Assembly: GCA_046482545.1 (NCBI GenBank)
Contig: JAWOEX010000010.1
Location: 79,849-143,848 of the forward strand
Source of the DNA: Candidatus Thorarchaeota archaeon
GTDB lineage: Archaea; Asgardarchaeota; Thorarchaeia; Thorarchaeales; Thorarchaeaceae
Direction of reading: 5' to 3'
Length of the DNA stretch: 64,000 bases
In this document: piece by piece, positions 8,827-18,035 of the stretch
Position numbering within the stretch: the first letter of the stretch is position 1
Layout of the letters: the number at the start of each line of letters is the position of its first letter
Notes under the pieces: generated by a model
The model's input: only the letters and a program-made list of their open reading frames with translations
Told to the model about the DNA's origin: nothing
Databases searched by the model: none
Translations under genes and position numbers: made by a program

Positions 8827-10302
8827 ATGAGTGATGATTTTAAGTTTCAAGGTGTCTATCCGGCCCTCGTTACACCTTTTGACGAGGGCGGCGTGAACGC
8901 ATCGCAGTACAAGGGTTTGATTGAGCATTTGATTGGAAGGGGCGCGACTGGAATTGTTCCTTGCGGTACAACCGGTGAGTTTACCAGTATGACTTTTGAT
9001 GAGCGTTTGCAAGCCATCCGAATCGCATGTGAGACAGCTGCGGGACGCGTACCCGTCATGGCTGGTACAGGTGCCCCATACACGGCAGATGCGGTCAAAC
9101 TCACTCGACGAGCAGCTGAATTGGGAGCGGATGCTGCTCTAGTGGTTACTCCATATTTCCTTAAGCCCTCCACAAAGGAAATCTACGAACACTACACGCG
9201 AGTAGCTGAGGCCAGTGACCTCCCCATCTTTCTGTACAATATTCCGCAAGTAACAGGAATCAAGCTGGACTGGAAACTGGTCGATGGCTTACAAGAAATA
9301 GATGGTATTGCTGGCATGAAAGATTCTAGTGGCGATCTGGTTAACCTTACAACCATTCTATTGCGACGCCCTCATGATTTTCAGGTTGTTGTAGGCCATG
9401 ATGAAGTGGCATTTCCTGCTCTTGCGGCGGGTTGTGATGGAGCCATACTCATGAGTGCAAATGTCTTTCCTAATCGATACATTCAGATGCAAAGTGCTCT
9501 GTCAAGAGGGAATCTCAAAGATGCGAAGATTGTGCAAAGGACGATTCAAAAGACTGTACGCCTCCTTGTCAATAAGGGGGGTGCAATCGCAGTCAAAACT
9601 GCATTGAATATGATGGGCATAAATGTTGGAGATGCTCGGAAACCTCTTCTCGAAGGTGATTTGTTTAGTTTTGAGGATCTTGATGAGCTCAGGACATGCT
9701 TAGAGGATTTGCAGCTGATTCCAAGAGGACCTGTGACATTCAAGATGGGCAATCGGGAAATAGTTGCCGAACAATATCCAAAGGCTGCAGGAATTGTTGC
9801 TGATGTTGTTGATGACTTGACACTCCTGCATGGAGAATCTCTGTGCGGTGGTGGTCATGAGGTCGCCCATGTTGATTTGGTGATGGGTATCAAGACAGGT
9901 CCAATGCAACAGGCTTTAGAAACAGCAGATAAGATAGTAAAGGGTTTCCATCAGTCAAACATTATCAAAAATCTTCAGCCAACAACGGTCTTTGCGCCTA
10001 CAGTGAATATCACTGATGAAGCCCACAAAGAAATGGTATATGATGTAGCCGAGAAAGCAGTCGCTGATGCGGTTACCAGAACTGTGACAGATCAAATCAT
10101 ACCCGAGGAACTTGTTCCTGATCTCGTCATTGCGGTTAACGCCTTTGTTCACCCTGCTGCTAATAACAAGCGTAGGGTGCACATCAATAATTTCCGCGCT
10201 GTTCGGCATGCTCTTAGACGCGCTATTGAAGGACGACCTGATATTTCTACAGTCATAGAACAGAAGAACTCATCTCGGCATCCTTTTGCCTATGGTCCAT
10301 AA
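8827..10302 (+). CDS. DapA/NAL-family class I aldolase fused to a complete Fae (formaldehyde-activating enzyme) domain
   Basis: N-terminus has ALVTPF, PCGTTGEF and IAGMKDSSGD. C-terminus has GESLCGGGHEVAHVDLVMG ... AVNAFVHPAANNKRRV ... EQKNSSRHPF, which is canonical Fae. GGAG RBS 8 nt upstream. Lies 4 nt after the paralog. Confidence 0.8.
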   Translation: MSDDFKFQGVYPALVTPFDEGGVNASQYKGLIEHLIGRGATGIVPCGTTGEFTSMTFDERLQAIRIACETAAGRVPVMAGTGAPYTADAVKLTRRAAELGADAALVVTPYFLKPSTKEIYEHYTRVAEASDLPIFLYNIPQVTGIKLDWKLVDGLQEIDGIAGMKDSSGDLVNLTTILLRRPHDFQVVVGHDEVAFPALAAGCDGAILMSANVFPNRYIQMQSALSRGNLKDAKIVQRTIQKTVRLLVNKGGAIAVKTALNMMGINVGDARKPLLEGDLFSFEDLDELRTCLEDLQLIPRGPVTFKMGNREIVAEQYPKAAGIVADVVDDLTLLHGESLCGGGHEVAHVDLVMGIKTGPMQQALETADKIVKGFHQSNIIKNLQPTTVFAPTVNITDEAHKEMVYDVAEKAVADAVTRTVTDQIIPEELVPDLVIAVNAFVHPAANNKRRVHINNFRAVRHALRRAIEGRPDISTVIEQKNSSRHPFAYGP

Positions 10303-10415
10303 CGGAAGAACGTCACAGTTATAATGGTGTATGCACAGCCACCTTTGATACTTCCCAGGTGTGGCACAGCCAATCCTTACGGCAACCAGAGCTGAAAATT
10401 CCCCATAATCGGTGT

Positions 10416-10649
10416 ATGAATGTGCATGAAGAATACAAGAAATTGCTCGATAATTTAATTCGATCCGTTAGCTCCAATAAGTTGGATGAGTTTATTGAAG
10501 ATGGGGAAAACATCGTACTGGAAGGCGATTATGGTCGCATATCCTTAACAAGGAAAGGTGACGAGGTCCGGGCAAAATCTGTGTCTGGTATTGATTCTGA
10601 GGGCAGATATAGGCTTGACAAAAGTGTTCTTTCTGACACATCAGATTAA
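10416..10649 (+). CDS. Small hydrophilic hypothetical protein
   Basis: ORF only (MNVHEEYKKLLDNL...) in a 600 bp spacer. Start is uncertain. Confidence 0.3.
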   Translation: MNVHEEYKKLLDNLIRSVSSNKLDEFIEDGENIVLEGDYGRISLTRKGDEVRAKSVSGIDSEGRYRLDKSVLSDTSD

Positions 10650-10912
10650 GCAATTCGTTATGAGTAGGCACCCGAATTCGTATTCTTGACCTATTGTGGT
10701 TGAATCACACTGAAAAAAAGGTGTGGCTAAGTCTCAGCCTGCTCTTGGATAATCATTGCCTTTCGGCTCATACAGGGGTAATTTGCAACATCATGGACCG
10801 CCACAGCCTTTTTTCTCAGATTGCCTTTAAGAACTATTTCTTGTGCTCTCGAAGGCCACTCCCCCGGATTCACAATGCTAATCAGTTGTTGTTCATCTTC
10901 TCTGAGTGATAG

Positions 10913-12052
10913 ATGATGGTTAACGAATCTAGGATTTTAGGCCTTCTAAAAGAACTAGTAGCGACTAACAGCGAAAATCCGCCCGGTAATGAACGCGGAG
11001 TGGCCGAAGTGCTTCGCGATTACCTATCACAGTATGATATTAAGTCAAAAGAGGTTGGAGATAATGAGGATCGCCCCAATCTTATTTTCTCAACCCATGA
11101 CGGTGATTTTGGAAATCTCCTAATGCACGGTCACATGGATACCGTACCTGTTGGCTCTAAGGATAATTGGTCTTACGACCCTTTTGGTGCTAAAGTATCA
11201 TCAGGGCGTCTCTATGGCCGGGGTGCATGCGATATGAAAGGTCCATTAGCCGCCTTGGCTGAGACCATGATTCAATACAAAAAGGAGAATCATGAGATGC
11301 CATTGGTCATGCTTGCAACTTCGGATGAAGAAGCAGGCTTGCGAGGTGCCCAACAAGTATCAGACAGTGGTATACTGGAAGGTATTAAGTGGGGGGTATG
11401 TGCCGAACCTACCAGCTTGGGTATTCTCTTAGGCGGAAAAGGCACGTTCTGGGTGAAACTACGGACAACAGGAAAATCCGCGCACGGTTCGAGACCCCAA
11501 GAAGGTATCAATGCTATCTCCCTGTGCATAGAAGCCCTAGAAGCAATCACCGGTGAGCAATTTGAATATGATGAGTCATTGTTGGGAGCGCCTACTGTTA
11601 ACATAGGAGTGATTGAAGGTGGTGCGAAAATCAATGTGGTACCTGAGTACTGTGAAGCCCAAATAGATATGCGCACTGTTGAAGGTCAGACTACTGAATA
11701 CATCGCCGAATCCATGAAGAGCCGACTGGAAAGCGCGGGTTTGGACGAGTATGTCCAAATAGATATCATAGATGCACATCCACCAGTACTGACACCAAAG
11801 GATGCGGAGATAGTAATAGCTGCGAAAGAGGCGATAACAGAAATCACTGGAACCACCCCCGAATTGGCCACAGCCACCTACGGAACAGACTGTTCAGTTC
11901 TTCAGCCCGACGTGGGGATTACTAACGTTATCTGTGGGCCTGGATCAATCGAGCAAGCGCATCAGCCTGATGAGTATATCGAAATCAAGGAACTTCTGAC
12001 TTCAGTTGGGGTTTATCTCCAGATCGCTCGCTACTTTGCCAATGTTTACTGA
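10913..12052 (+). CDS. M20-family metallopeptidase / deacylase (ArgE/DapE/LysK-like)
   Basis: HGHMDTVP, GRGACDMKG, SDEE and GHS metal-ligand motifs. Confidence 0.85.
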   Translation: MMVNESRILGLLKELVATNSENPPGNERGVAEVLRDYLSQYDIKSKEVGDNEDRPNLIFSTHDGDFGNLLMHGHMDTVPVGSKDNWSYDPFGAKVSSGRLYGRGACDMKGPLAALAETMIQYKKENHEMPLVMLATSDEEAGLRGAQQVSDSGILEGIKWGVCAEPTSLGILLGGKGTFWVKLRTTGKSAHGSRPQEGINAISLCIEALEAITGEQFEYDESLLGAPTVNIGVIEGGAKINVVPEYCEAQIDMRTVEGQTTEYIAESMKSRLESAGLDEYVQIDIIDAHPPVLTPKDAEIVIAAKEAITEITGTTPELATATYGTDCSVLQPDVGITNVICGPGSIEQAHQPDEYIEIKELLTSVGVYLQIARYFANVY

Positions 12053-12073
12053 CCATCAACGTAGCGACTGCCG

Positions 12074-12859
12074 TTAACTCTCGGATGACGCTCTTACAGC
12101 AATAAGAGCTGCAATAGCTCCGCCACCAATACCATTCCCAATGTTGACTACAGCCAAGCCGGGAGCACAGGACTGAAGCATGGAGGCCAAAGCGGTTTCG
12201 CCCCTCCCACCATGTCCGTATCCGATAGGCACAGGTACGCCAATAACTGGGATATCAACCAGTGAAGCCACTACTGTGGGTAGAGCCCCTTCCATTCCTG
12301 CAAATACAACTATTGCATGAACTTGTTCTTCTCTTATTTTCTGGAGCGGTTCGATAAGTCGGTGAATGCCTGAGACGCCAACATCACGGAATCTCAATAC
12401 ACCCACCCCCATGGTTTCTGCAACAGCTTGGGCTTCTTCTGCAAAGAATTCATCGGAAGTCCCTGCTGTGATAATCGCAATCATGCCGCCTGTTCTTTTT
12501 GGTATCCATCTGGGATGATGAACTAACAGAGTCATGTGGTTTCCACCCCCTCTGATATCAAATTCAAAATCCGCGAGATGATTTTCAAGGTACTCTACTT
12601 GTTTTTCGTTGACACGGGTGGCAAGTACAAAATCCTTCACTTCGAGCATGGCTCGGAGAATCTGCATCAGTTGTTCGCTTGTCTTCGTTTCAGCCATAAC
12701 AACTTCTGGAATGCCGCTCCTGTGTTCACGCCCAGGATCAATTACAGCTAAATCTCCAACTTTCTGCAATTCTAGTTTTTGCAATCTCTTTTGAGCTTCA
12801 TCAACATTGATTTGGCCTGAAGCTAGGGCTTCCAAAACCTCTCGAATTTCTTGCATCAC
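12074..12859 (-). CDS. larB: LarB-like (PurE/NCAIR-mutase-related) nickel-pincer cofactor biosynthesis carboxylase
   Basis: C-terminal PurE-like fold (IAIITAGTSDEFFAEEA...VVFAGMEGALPTVVASL...PVIGVPVPIGYGHGG) preceded by a ~100-aa N-domain, as in COG1691/LarB. Confidence 0.7.
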   Translation of the reverse strand: MMQEIREVLEALASGQINVDEAQKRLQKLELQKVGDLAVIDPGREHRSGIPEVVMAETKTSEQLMQILRAMLEVKDFVLATRVNEKQVEYLENHLADFEFDIRGGGNHMTLLVHHPRWIPKRTGGMIAIITAGTSDEFFAEEAQAVAETMGVGVLRFRDVGVSGIHRLIEPLQKIREEQVHAIVVFAGMEGALPTVVASLVDIPVIGVPVPIGYGHGGRGETALASMLQSCAPGLAVVNIGNGIGGGAIAALIAVRASSES

Positions 12860-13293
12860 TCTTAGTCATTCCTATGGATATCCTCATTGCAGTTAGTGAG
12901 AAATCTTAAAGTTGCTGTTTGCTGCTCCTATAAGCGAGATCCCCTCTGTGAAGCCAAAGAAAACAATGTAGTTCCTCGAAACTCTCGGCGATTTGGACGT
13001 GGTGAACAGCCGCAGACTCTCCAGAGCCTGATGAGGCTCTTTGTTCGGATAGTGGGACTTCTGTCGAGAAGGGGAAGACTTCACTCAGGCTCTCGGCCTC
13101 GCGGTTCGCAGCACTGCACTAGCCCTCTAGCCTAGTTCTACGGAAACCCAACTCGATAGCTAGCCCAATAAACACCTCTTGTGCTCGGTCATGAAGGGAC
13201 TTTCAGGAAATCTTGCAGATATGCTTCACTTTGGAGTGCCGATTTGTTTAGGATTTTGTAAGATTTACGTCTTCCTCGATTTCCGGATAAAGT

Positions 13294-14358
13294 CTATATC
13301 TCATAAATCCAGCCATATGGATCGTCAGTATGCCCACACTGAATACCTGTGAGATTGTCAAACAGCTTCCGTGAGAGATTGCCTACATATCCATCCGCTA
13401 CCTGATAAGATGTGTTTTCAAAGTAGAGTTCACCCACTGGTGCAATCACAGCAGCTGTTCCAGTCCCGAAAATCTCAAGCACTTTGCCATTCGCGATACC
13501 TTCTATAACTTCGTAAATCGAAATCTTTCGTTCGGTTACATCATAGCCAAAGTCACGCGCCAATTGCAGTACTGAATCGCGGGTTATACCTGGGAGAATT
13601 GTGTCGTTGAGAGGGGGAGTAGCAAGCTCGTCCTCAAAGCGCACAAAAACGTTCATCGTTCCGCATTCTTCAATATACTTGCGCTCAATGGCATCGAGCC
13701 ACAACACCTGTGAGTATCCCTTCTCAGTCGCTTTCTTCGTAGCCAAGAGGCTCGCAGCATAGTTGCTCATCGTTTTAGCTGCGCCCACTCCACCCTTGAC
13801 CGCTCTCGTGTACTTGTCTGAGACATATATGCTGACGGGATTGAATCCCTCTTTGAAGTATGGTCCAACAGGACTCAAGATGACATAGAGCAGATACTGG
13901 TCGGATGGTTTCACACCAAGTTTGGGCTCAATAGCTATCATGGTAGGCCGAATATACAGGGAGGTACCGTGCTCCTCAGGTATCCAATCTCGCTCAATAT
14001 CGATGAGCTTGGTCAGAGCAATGAGTAGCTGCTCGCTATCGACTTCTGGCATGACCATACGTTTGGCTGACCTGTTCAAACGTTTGAGATTCTGACGAGG
14101 ACGGAACAGTAGGACTCGATTCCCCCGCCGGTATGCCTTCATTCCCTCGAAGATACCCTGACCATAATGGAGAACCAATGCAGCAGGACTAAGCTCAAGA
14201 TGAGAATAGGGCCTAATCTGAGGGCGGTGCCATTGGCCGCATCTATATTCCATCATCAACATGTGATCGGAATATACGCTGCCAAAGGTCAAAGCCATCG
14301 GGTCTGTGGGCTTACGTTTTCGCTCATCTTCTGGAACCAGATTAAGATCGATATCCAA
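13294..14358 (-). CDS. ilvE: Branched-chain amino acid aminotransferase (PLP fold type IV)
   Basis: EGMKAYRRGNRVLLFRP, catalytic Lys region and GTGTAAVIAPV motifs. Confidence 0.9.
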   Translation of the reverse strand: MDIDLNLVPEDERKRKPTDPMALTFGSVYSDHMLMMEYRCGQWHRPQIRPYSHLELSPAALVLHYGQGIFEGMKAYRRGNRVLLFRPRQNLKRLNRSAKRMVMPEVDSEQLLIALTKLIDIERDWIPEEHGTSLYIRPTMIAIEPKLGVKPSDQYLLYVILSPVGPYFKEGFNPVSIYVSDKYTRAVKGGVGAAKTMSNYAASLLATKKATEKGYSQVLWLDAIERKYIEECGTMNVFVRFEDELATPPLNDTILPGITRDSVLQLARDFGYDVTERKISIYEVIEGIANGKVLEIFGTGTAAVIAPVGELYFENTSYQVADGYVGNLSRKLFDNLTGIQCGHTDDPYGWIYEI

Positions 14359-14464
14359 ATCAACCCAACTCGAGTAGCGAATTTCAGCGGTACCTCTTAG
14401 GTCTTTCCTAGAAACGACGCAACAAATATCTTAAGTCAGTGATACGCAAAATAGACTGATTTTC

Positions 14465-15067
14465 ATGAGTCACAGTGAAGGAGCAGATGATGAGGATTTT
14501 TTCCTTGAGCCGAAGGAGGTGCTTTCCCAGTACTCGGTGGAATGGGTCTCCCTTCGCAAATCACACACTGAAGTCAAGGATAAGCTTGAAGAAGTAAAAG
14601 ATAAACTGAATGAACTGGATCAACAGCTTGAGAGAGGCGAGATAAGCGAAAAGAAACACATGGAACAGTACAGAGACTATTGGCAGAAATCAACAAAAAT
14701 GATTGAGATAAAGCGAGAAGTCGAATCAAGACTCTTCGAAATCCAGCGTGAAATACGAAAGGCAAACCGCAAACTCAAGAAGCTTGAAGAAGAAAAGCGC
14801 AGGCGGAAGCGAATTGAACAAGAACGTTCTAACGCTATGATTGAATGGATGAGCTTGAAGCAGGGATTTGAACTTGTTGGAGAAAAAAGAGACAACATAT
14901 CTGCGAAAATGGATCAATTGGAACTAAAGCGTCGGAACGGAGAAATTAGTGACGCTGATTATCGAAGGCAGCATGTTGAAAATCTGAAAGAATTGGCCAA
15001 GTTGCGGACGCTCGAGGTAGATATTCAAAACAGACTCGGTGAATTGCTGGAAATAATCAGGAAGTAG
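14465..15067 (+). CDS. Charged coiled-coil protein (hypothetical)
   Basis: 200 aa of K/E/R-rich heptad-like sequence. No enzymatic motif. Confidence 0.55.
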   Translation: MSHSEGADDEDFFLEPKEVLSQYSVEWVSLRKSHTEVKDKLEEVKDKLNELDQQLERGEISEKKHMEQYRDYWQKSTKMIEIKREVESRLFEIQREIRKANRKLKKLEEEKRRRKRIEQERSNAMIEWMSLKQGFELVGEKRDNISAKMDQLELKRRNGEISDADYRRQHVENLKELAKLRTLEVDIQNRLGELLEIIRK

Positions 15068-15091
15068 CGCTTTCTCGTAAAAACTAATTTT

Positions 15092-15125
15092 CAAAAAAGA
15101 TGAGGGTGACCCCCAAGAGGGGGCC
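15092..15125 (-). terminator. Hairpin (CCCCC-AAGA-GGGGG) followed on the minus strand by an oligo-U tract; terminator for gdh in a convergent gap
   Basis: Plus strand reads caaaaaag-atgagggtga-CCCCCaagaGGGGGcc, located 17 nt past the gdh stop. Confidence 0.45.
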
Positions 15126-15141
15126 TTACACCACACATATT

Positions 15142-16494
15142 CTACATCAAATAACCCTGTGCAATCATTGCATCGGCGACTTTCATGAAGCCAGCAATAT
15201 TCGCACCAAGCATGAGATTGCCTGGTTCGCCGAACATCTCTGATGTTTCGTATGCAGTCTTGTGGATGTTGATCATGATGTCATGGAGTTTCCGGTCGAC
15301 TTCCTCTCGGCTCCAGAAGTACCTCTGGCTGTTCTGAGACATTTCTAGGCCAGATACAGAGACACCACCGGCGTTTACAGCCTTACCAGGACCATATAGG
15401 ACATTGGCATCTTGGATTATCTCGATTGCATCAGGTGTTAAGGGCATATTGGCACCTTCACCTACTGCCAAGACACCATTGTCAACCAGGGCTTGTGCTT
15501 CCTTCTTGTCCACTTCGTTCTGTGTCGCACATGGAAGAGCAACATCGCAGCCGAGGTTCCACGGGTTACTTTCAGGATCAAATTCAACATCATCGAATTC
15601 TTCAGCGTATTCTTTAATCCGTCCACGACGTACATTCTTGAGCTCAAGAATCCACTCCAGCTTCTCTCTATCGATGCCGTCAGGATCATACACGGCACCA
15701 TCAGAGTCGCTCATGGAAATGACCTTGGCACCCAGCTGGATGCACTTCTCAGCGGCATACTGGGCCACATTCCCAGAACCGGAAACGCATACCTCCTTAC
15801 CCTTTATGGTTTCATCACGGGTTTTCAGCATCTCTTCTGTGAAATAGACTGTTCCATATCCAGTCGCTTCTGGACGGATAAGAGACCCTCCGTAATTGGG
15901 ACCTTTTCCTGTCAAGACACAGGTGCCATGTTTGTTAGTGACCTTGCGGTAGGCTCCATAGAGATAGCCAATTTCGCGCGCTCCCACACCAATATCTCCA
16001 GCGGGTACGTCAGTAAACTGGCCGATATGCTTGTAGAGCTCGAGCATGAAACTGGTACAGAAATTCCGCACCTCTTCATTGGTCTTACCGTGTGGGTCGA
16101 AATCAGAACCTCCCTTGCCTCCACCCATTGGTAGGCCCGTCAAAGAGTTCTTGAAAATCTGTTCGAAACCGAGAAATTTGACTAGACCAAGCCTAACCGT
16201 TGGATGAAATCTGAGGCCACCCTTGTAAGGGCCGATTGCTGAATTGAATTGAACCCTAAAGCCACGATTGACATTGATTTTGTTATCTCTATCTACCCAA
16301 GGAACTCGAAACATGACTACCCTTTCGGGCTCAACTATACGCTCGAGGATGGCATGCTCCTTGTACTTGGGAAATTTTTCGATAGCCGGCTCAAGGCTTT
16401 CCAGGACTTCATATACAGCCTGATGAAAAACATCCTGACGCGGATCTTTTTCACGGCATTTTTCATAGACTTCTTCGATGTAGCTACTCACCAT
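15142..16494 (-). CDS. gdhA: Glutamate dehydrogenase
   Basis: GGGKGGSDFDPHGK catalytic Lys motif and a C-terminal NAD(P) Rossmann domain. Confidence 0.95.
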   Translation of the reverse strand: MVSSYIEEVYEKCREKDPRQDVFHQAVYEVLESLEPAIEKFPKYKEHAILERIVEPERVVMFRVPWVDRDNKINVNRGFRVQFNSAIGPYKGGLRFHPTVRLGLVKFLGFEQIFKNSLTGLPMGGGKGGSDFDPHGKTNEEVRNFCTSFMLELYKHIGQFTDVPAGDIGVGAREIGYLYGAYRKVTNKHGTCVLTGKGPNYGGSLIRPEATGYGTVYFTEEMLKTRDETIKGKEVCVSGSGNVAQYAAEKCIQLGAKVISMSDSDGAVYDPDGIDREKLEWILELKNVRRGRIKEYAEEFDDVEFDPESNPWNLGCDVALPCATQNEVDKKEAQALVDNGVLAVGEGANMPLTPDAIEIIQDANVLYGPGKAVNAGGVSVSGLEMSQNSQRYFWSREEVDRKLHDIMINIHKTAYETSEMFGEPGNLMLGANIAGFMKVADAMIAQGYLM

Positions 16495-16622
16495 AATGCC
16501 TCACTCACCATAATGACTGTTGGCATGAACGCTCAGCTGTTTCCCTTACATAAATGTGGTGTTTTAACTAGAAATACCATACCGACTGAGAAAACATATT
16601 CTCCGGGTGTGGGAATCATCAG

Positions 16623-17390
16623 CTACTTGAGTGTGTCTTCTCGTTTTGTCTTCCCATACCCTTTTCGTGTTCTCTCAAACCTTTGCCTTCTGTCAATATC
16701 TGCGTTGAAAAACGAACTTCCGATACCAGAACTACACTCTTCACACATTAGCCCAGACGTTTTATCGAAATTAACGATTTTGCCACAAGAGATGCATATC
16801 CAAAGGCCGCTTCGATAAAGGCGGTCTCTCCGAAAGACGATCTTCGCTATCTCGTTCATAGATTTAGGACATTCCTTAGAAACCCCAGTTATCTTGCCAT
16901 CGGACCAGCTGCATATGAGAGACACAAGGGTAGTCAGAAGCTCTATCAGTCTCGTGGTGTTTTCCTCTATTTCATTTGCTGTCTCGGTTCTACTATCAGC
17001 AGGGGTTTCCTCAATATCTGAAAGAAATTCTAGGAAAGCAAAGAACGCAGGCATTGGAAAGCTCGATTCATTTTCAGAAACGGCCATTCTGGCAAGCACT
17101 GCCGATATCATGACTGTTTGGCTATAATCCTCGTTAAGAATGGACTCAACCTCTCTACCAACATCCTCTGGCTTTAGACGAAACTCAGTCAGTGGCAATC
17201 CTTCTTCCTTCAGGACAAACCGAACAGATTCCATGAAATCTCTTTTCTGGTACATGGCCGCATTAACGCGGTTTGTGAGCTCGCTATATGCAATGCCTGT
17301 TTCGTCTGCAATTTTCTGCAATAAGTCACGAGCAGTATTAGGCAAGCTAAACACAAACCATGATTTCAGGTGTGTGATATCGAACAGCAA
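16623..17390 (-). CDS. Hypothetical protein with C-terminal zinc ribbon
   Basis: CISCGKIVNFDKTSGLMCEEC near the C-terminus. Divergent from dcd. Confidence 0.5.
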   Translation of the reverse strand: MLFDITHLKSWFVFSLPNTARDLLQKIADETGIAYSELTNRVNAAMYQKRDFMESVRFVLKEEGLPLTEFRLKPEDVGREVESILNEDYSQTVMISAVLARMAVSENESSFPMPAFFAFLEFLSDIEETPADSRTETANEIEENTTRLIELLTTLVSLICSWSDGKITGVSKECPKSMNEIAKIVFRRDRLYRSGLWICISCGKIVNFDKTSGLMCEECSSGIGSSFFNADIDRRQRFERTRKGYGKTKREDTLK

Positions 17391-17443
17391 GCATTTTAGG
17401 TTGTCGCCTATGTCCTAAGAATAGCAAGAGGTAAAGAGAGGTA

Positions 17444-17992
17444 ATAACCCTGCTTTCCGATCGCGACCTAAGAGAGGCCATAGAATCCGGATCAGTTAGA
17501 ATCGAGCCCTATGACGCTGATTCAGTTGGTCCATGTAGTATTGATTTGCGACTTGATTCAGTGTTTCGAACGTATAACCCGGGAACACCGGTAGATATCA
17601 AGAAACCGGAGGAAGCTGCCGAGTACACCCAAATCGTTGAAACCCGAGGAGAACCATTCATGATTCTCCCAGGACAGTTCGTTCTTGCCCAAACACTAGA
17701 AGAAATCGCCATATCAAGTGAATATGCGGGACTTCTGGAAGGACGTTCAAGTGTTGCCCGATTGGGGATAATTGTTCACGCTGCTGGATTGGTTAATCCT
17801 GGTACAGGAATGGAGGAGCCGACGAAATTGACCCTCGAAATCTACTGTTTCAATCTTAGTCCTGTGTTGCTTTATCCTGAAATGAGAATCGTTCAGATGA
17901 TGTTAGTTCCTCTCAGTTCTCCAGCAGCGGTGGGCTATGACGAGAGACCATCGAGTAGGTACATTGGGCAGGAGTCTCCCGATATGAACTGA
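17444..17992 (+). CDS. dcd: dCTP deaminase (dUTPase-fold); the N-terminus is encoded upstream of the TTG used by the ORF track, with no canonical start codon
   Basis: LSDRDLREAIESGSVRIEPY...SIDLRL and GRSSVARLGIIVHAAGLVNPG match Dcd. The in-frame sequence after the stop is AGA GAG GTA ATA ACC CTG, with no ATG/GTG/TTG. Confidence 0.8.
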   Translation: MTLLSDRDLREAIESGSVRIEPYDADSVGPCSIDLRLDSVFRTYNPGTPVDIKKPEEAAEYTQIVETRGEPFMILPGQFVLAQTLEEIAISSEYAGLLEGRSSVARLGIIVHAAGLVNPGTGMEEPTKLTLEIYCFNLSPVLLYPEMRIVQMMLVPLSSPAAVGYDERPSSRYIGQESPDMN

Positions 17993-18035
17993 CGGAAGGC
18001 CTATAAACAAGCTGGTATGAATTCGGCACGGCGTA

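Noticed and set aside
10694-10909. 71-aa ORF upstream of the M20 peptidase
   Set aside because: It is Cys/Leu-rich with no RBS and lies in the likely promoter region.
12887-13135. 82-aa ORF in the larB upstream spacer
   Set aside because: The product is R/S/G-rich. The region is more likely regulatory or structured RNA.
15404-16134. Long + strand ORFs (147 and 213 aa) within gdh
   Set aside because: They are antisense to a confidently identified GDH gene.
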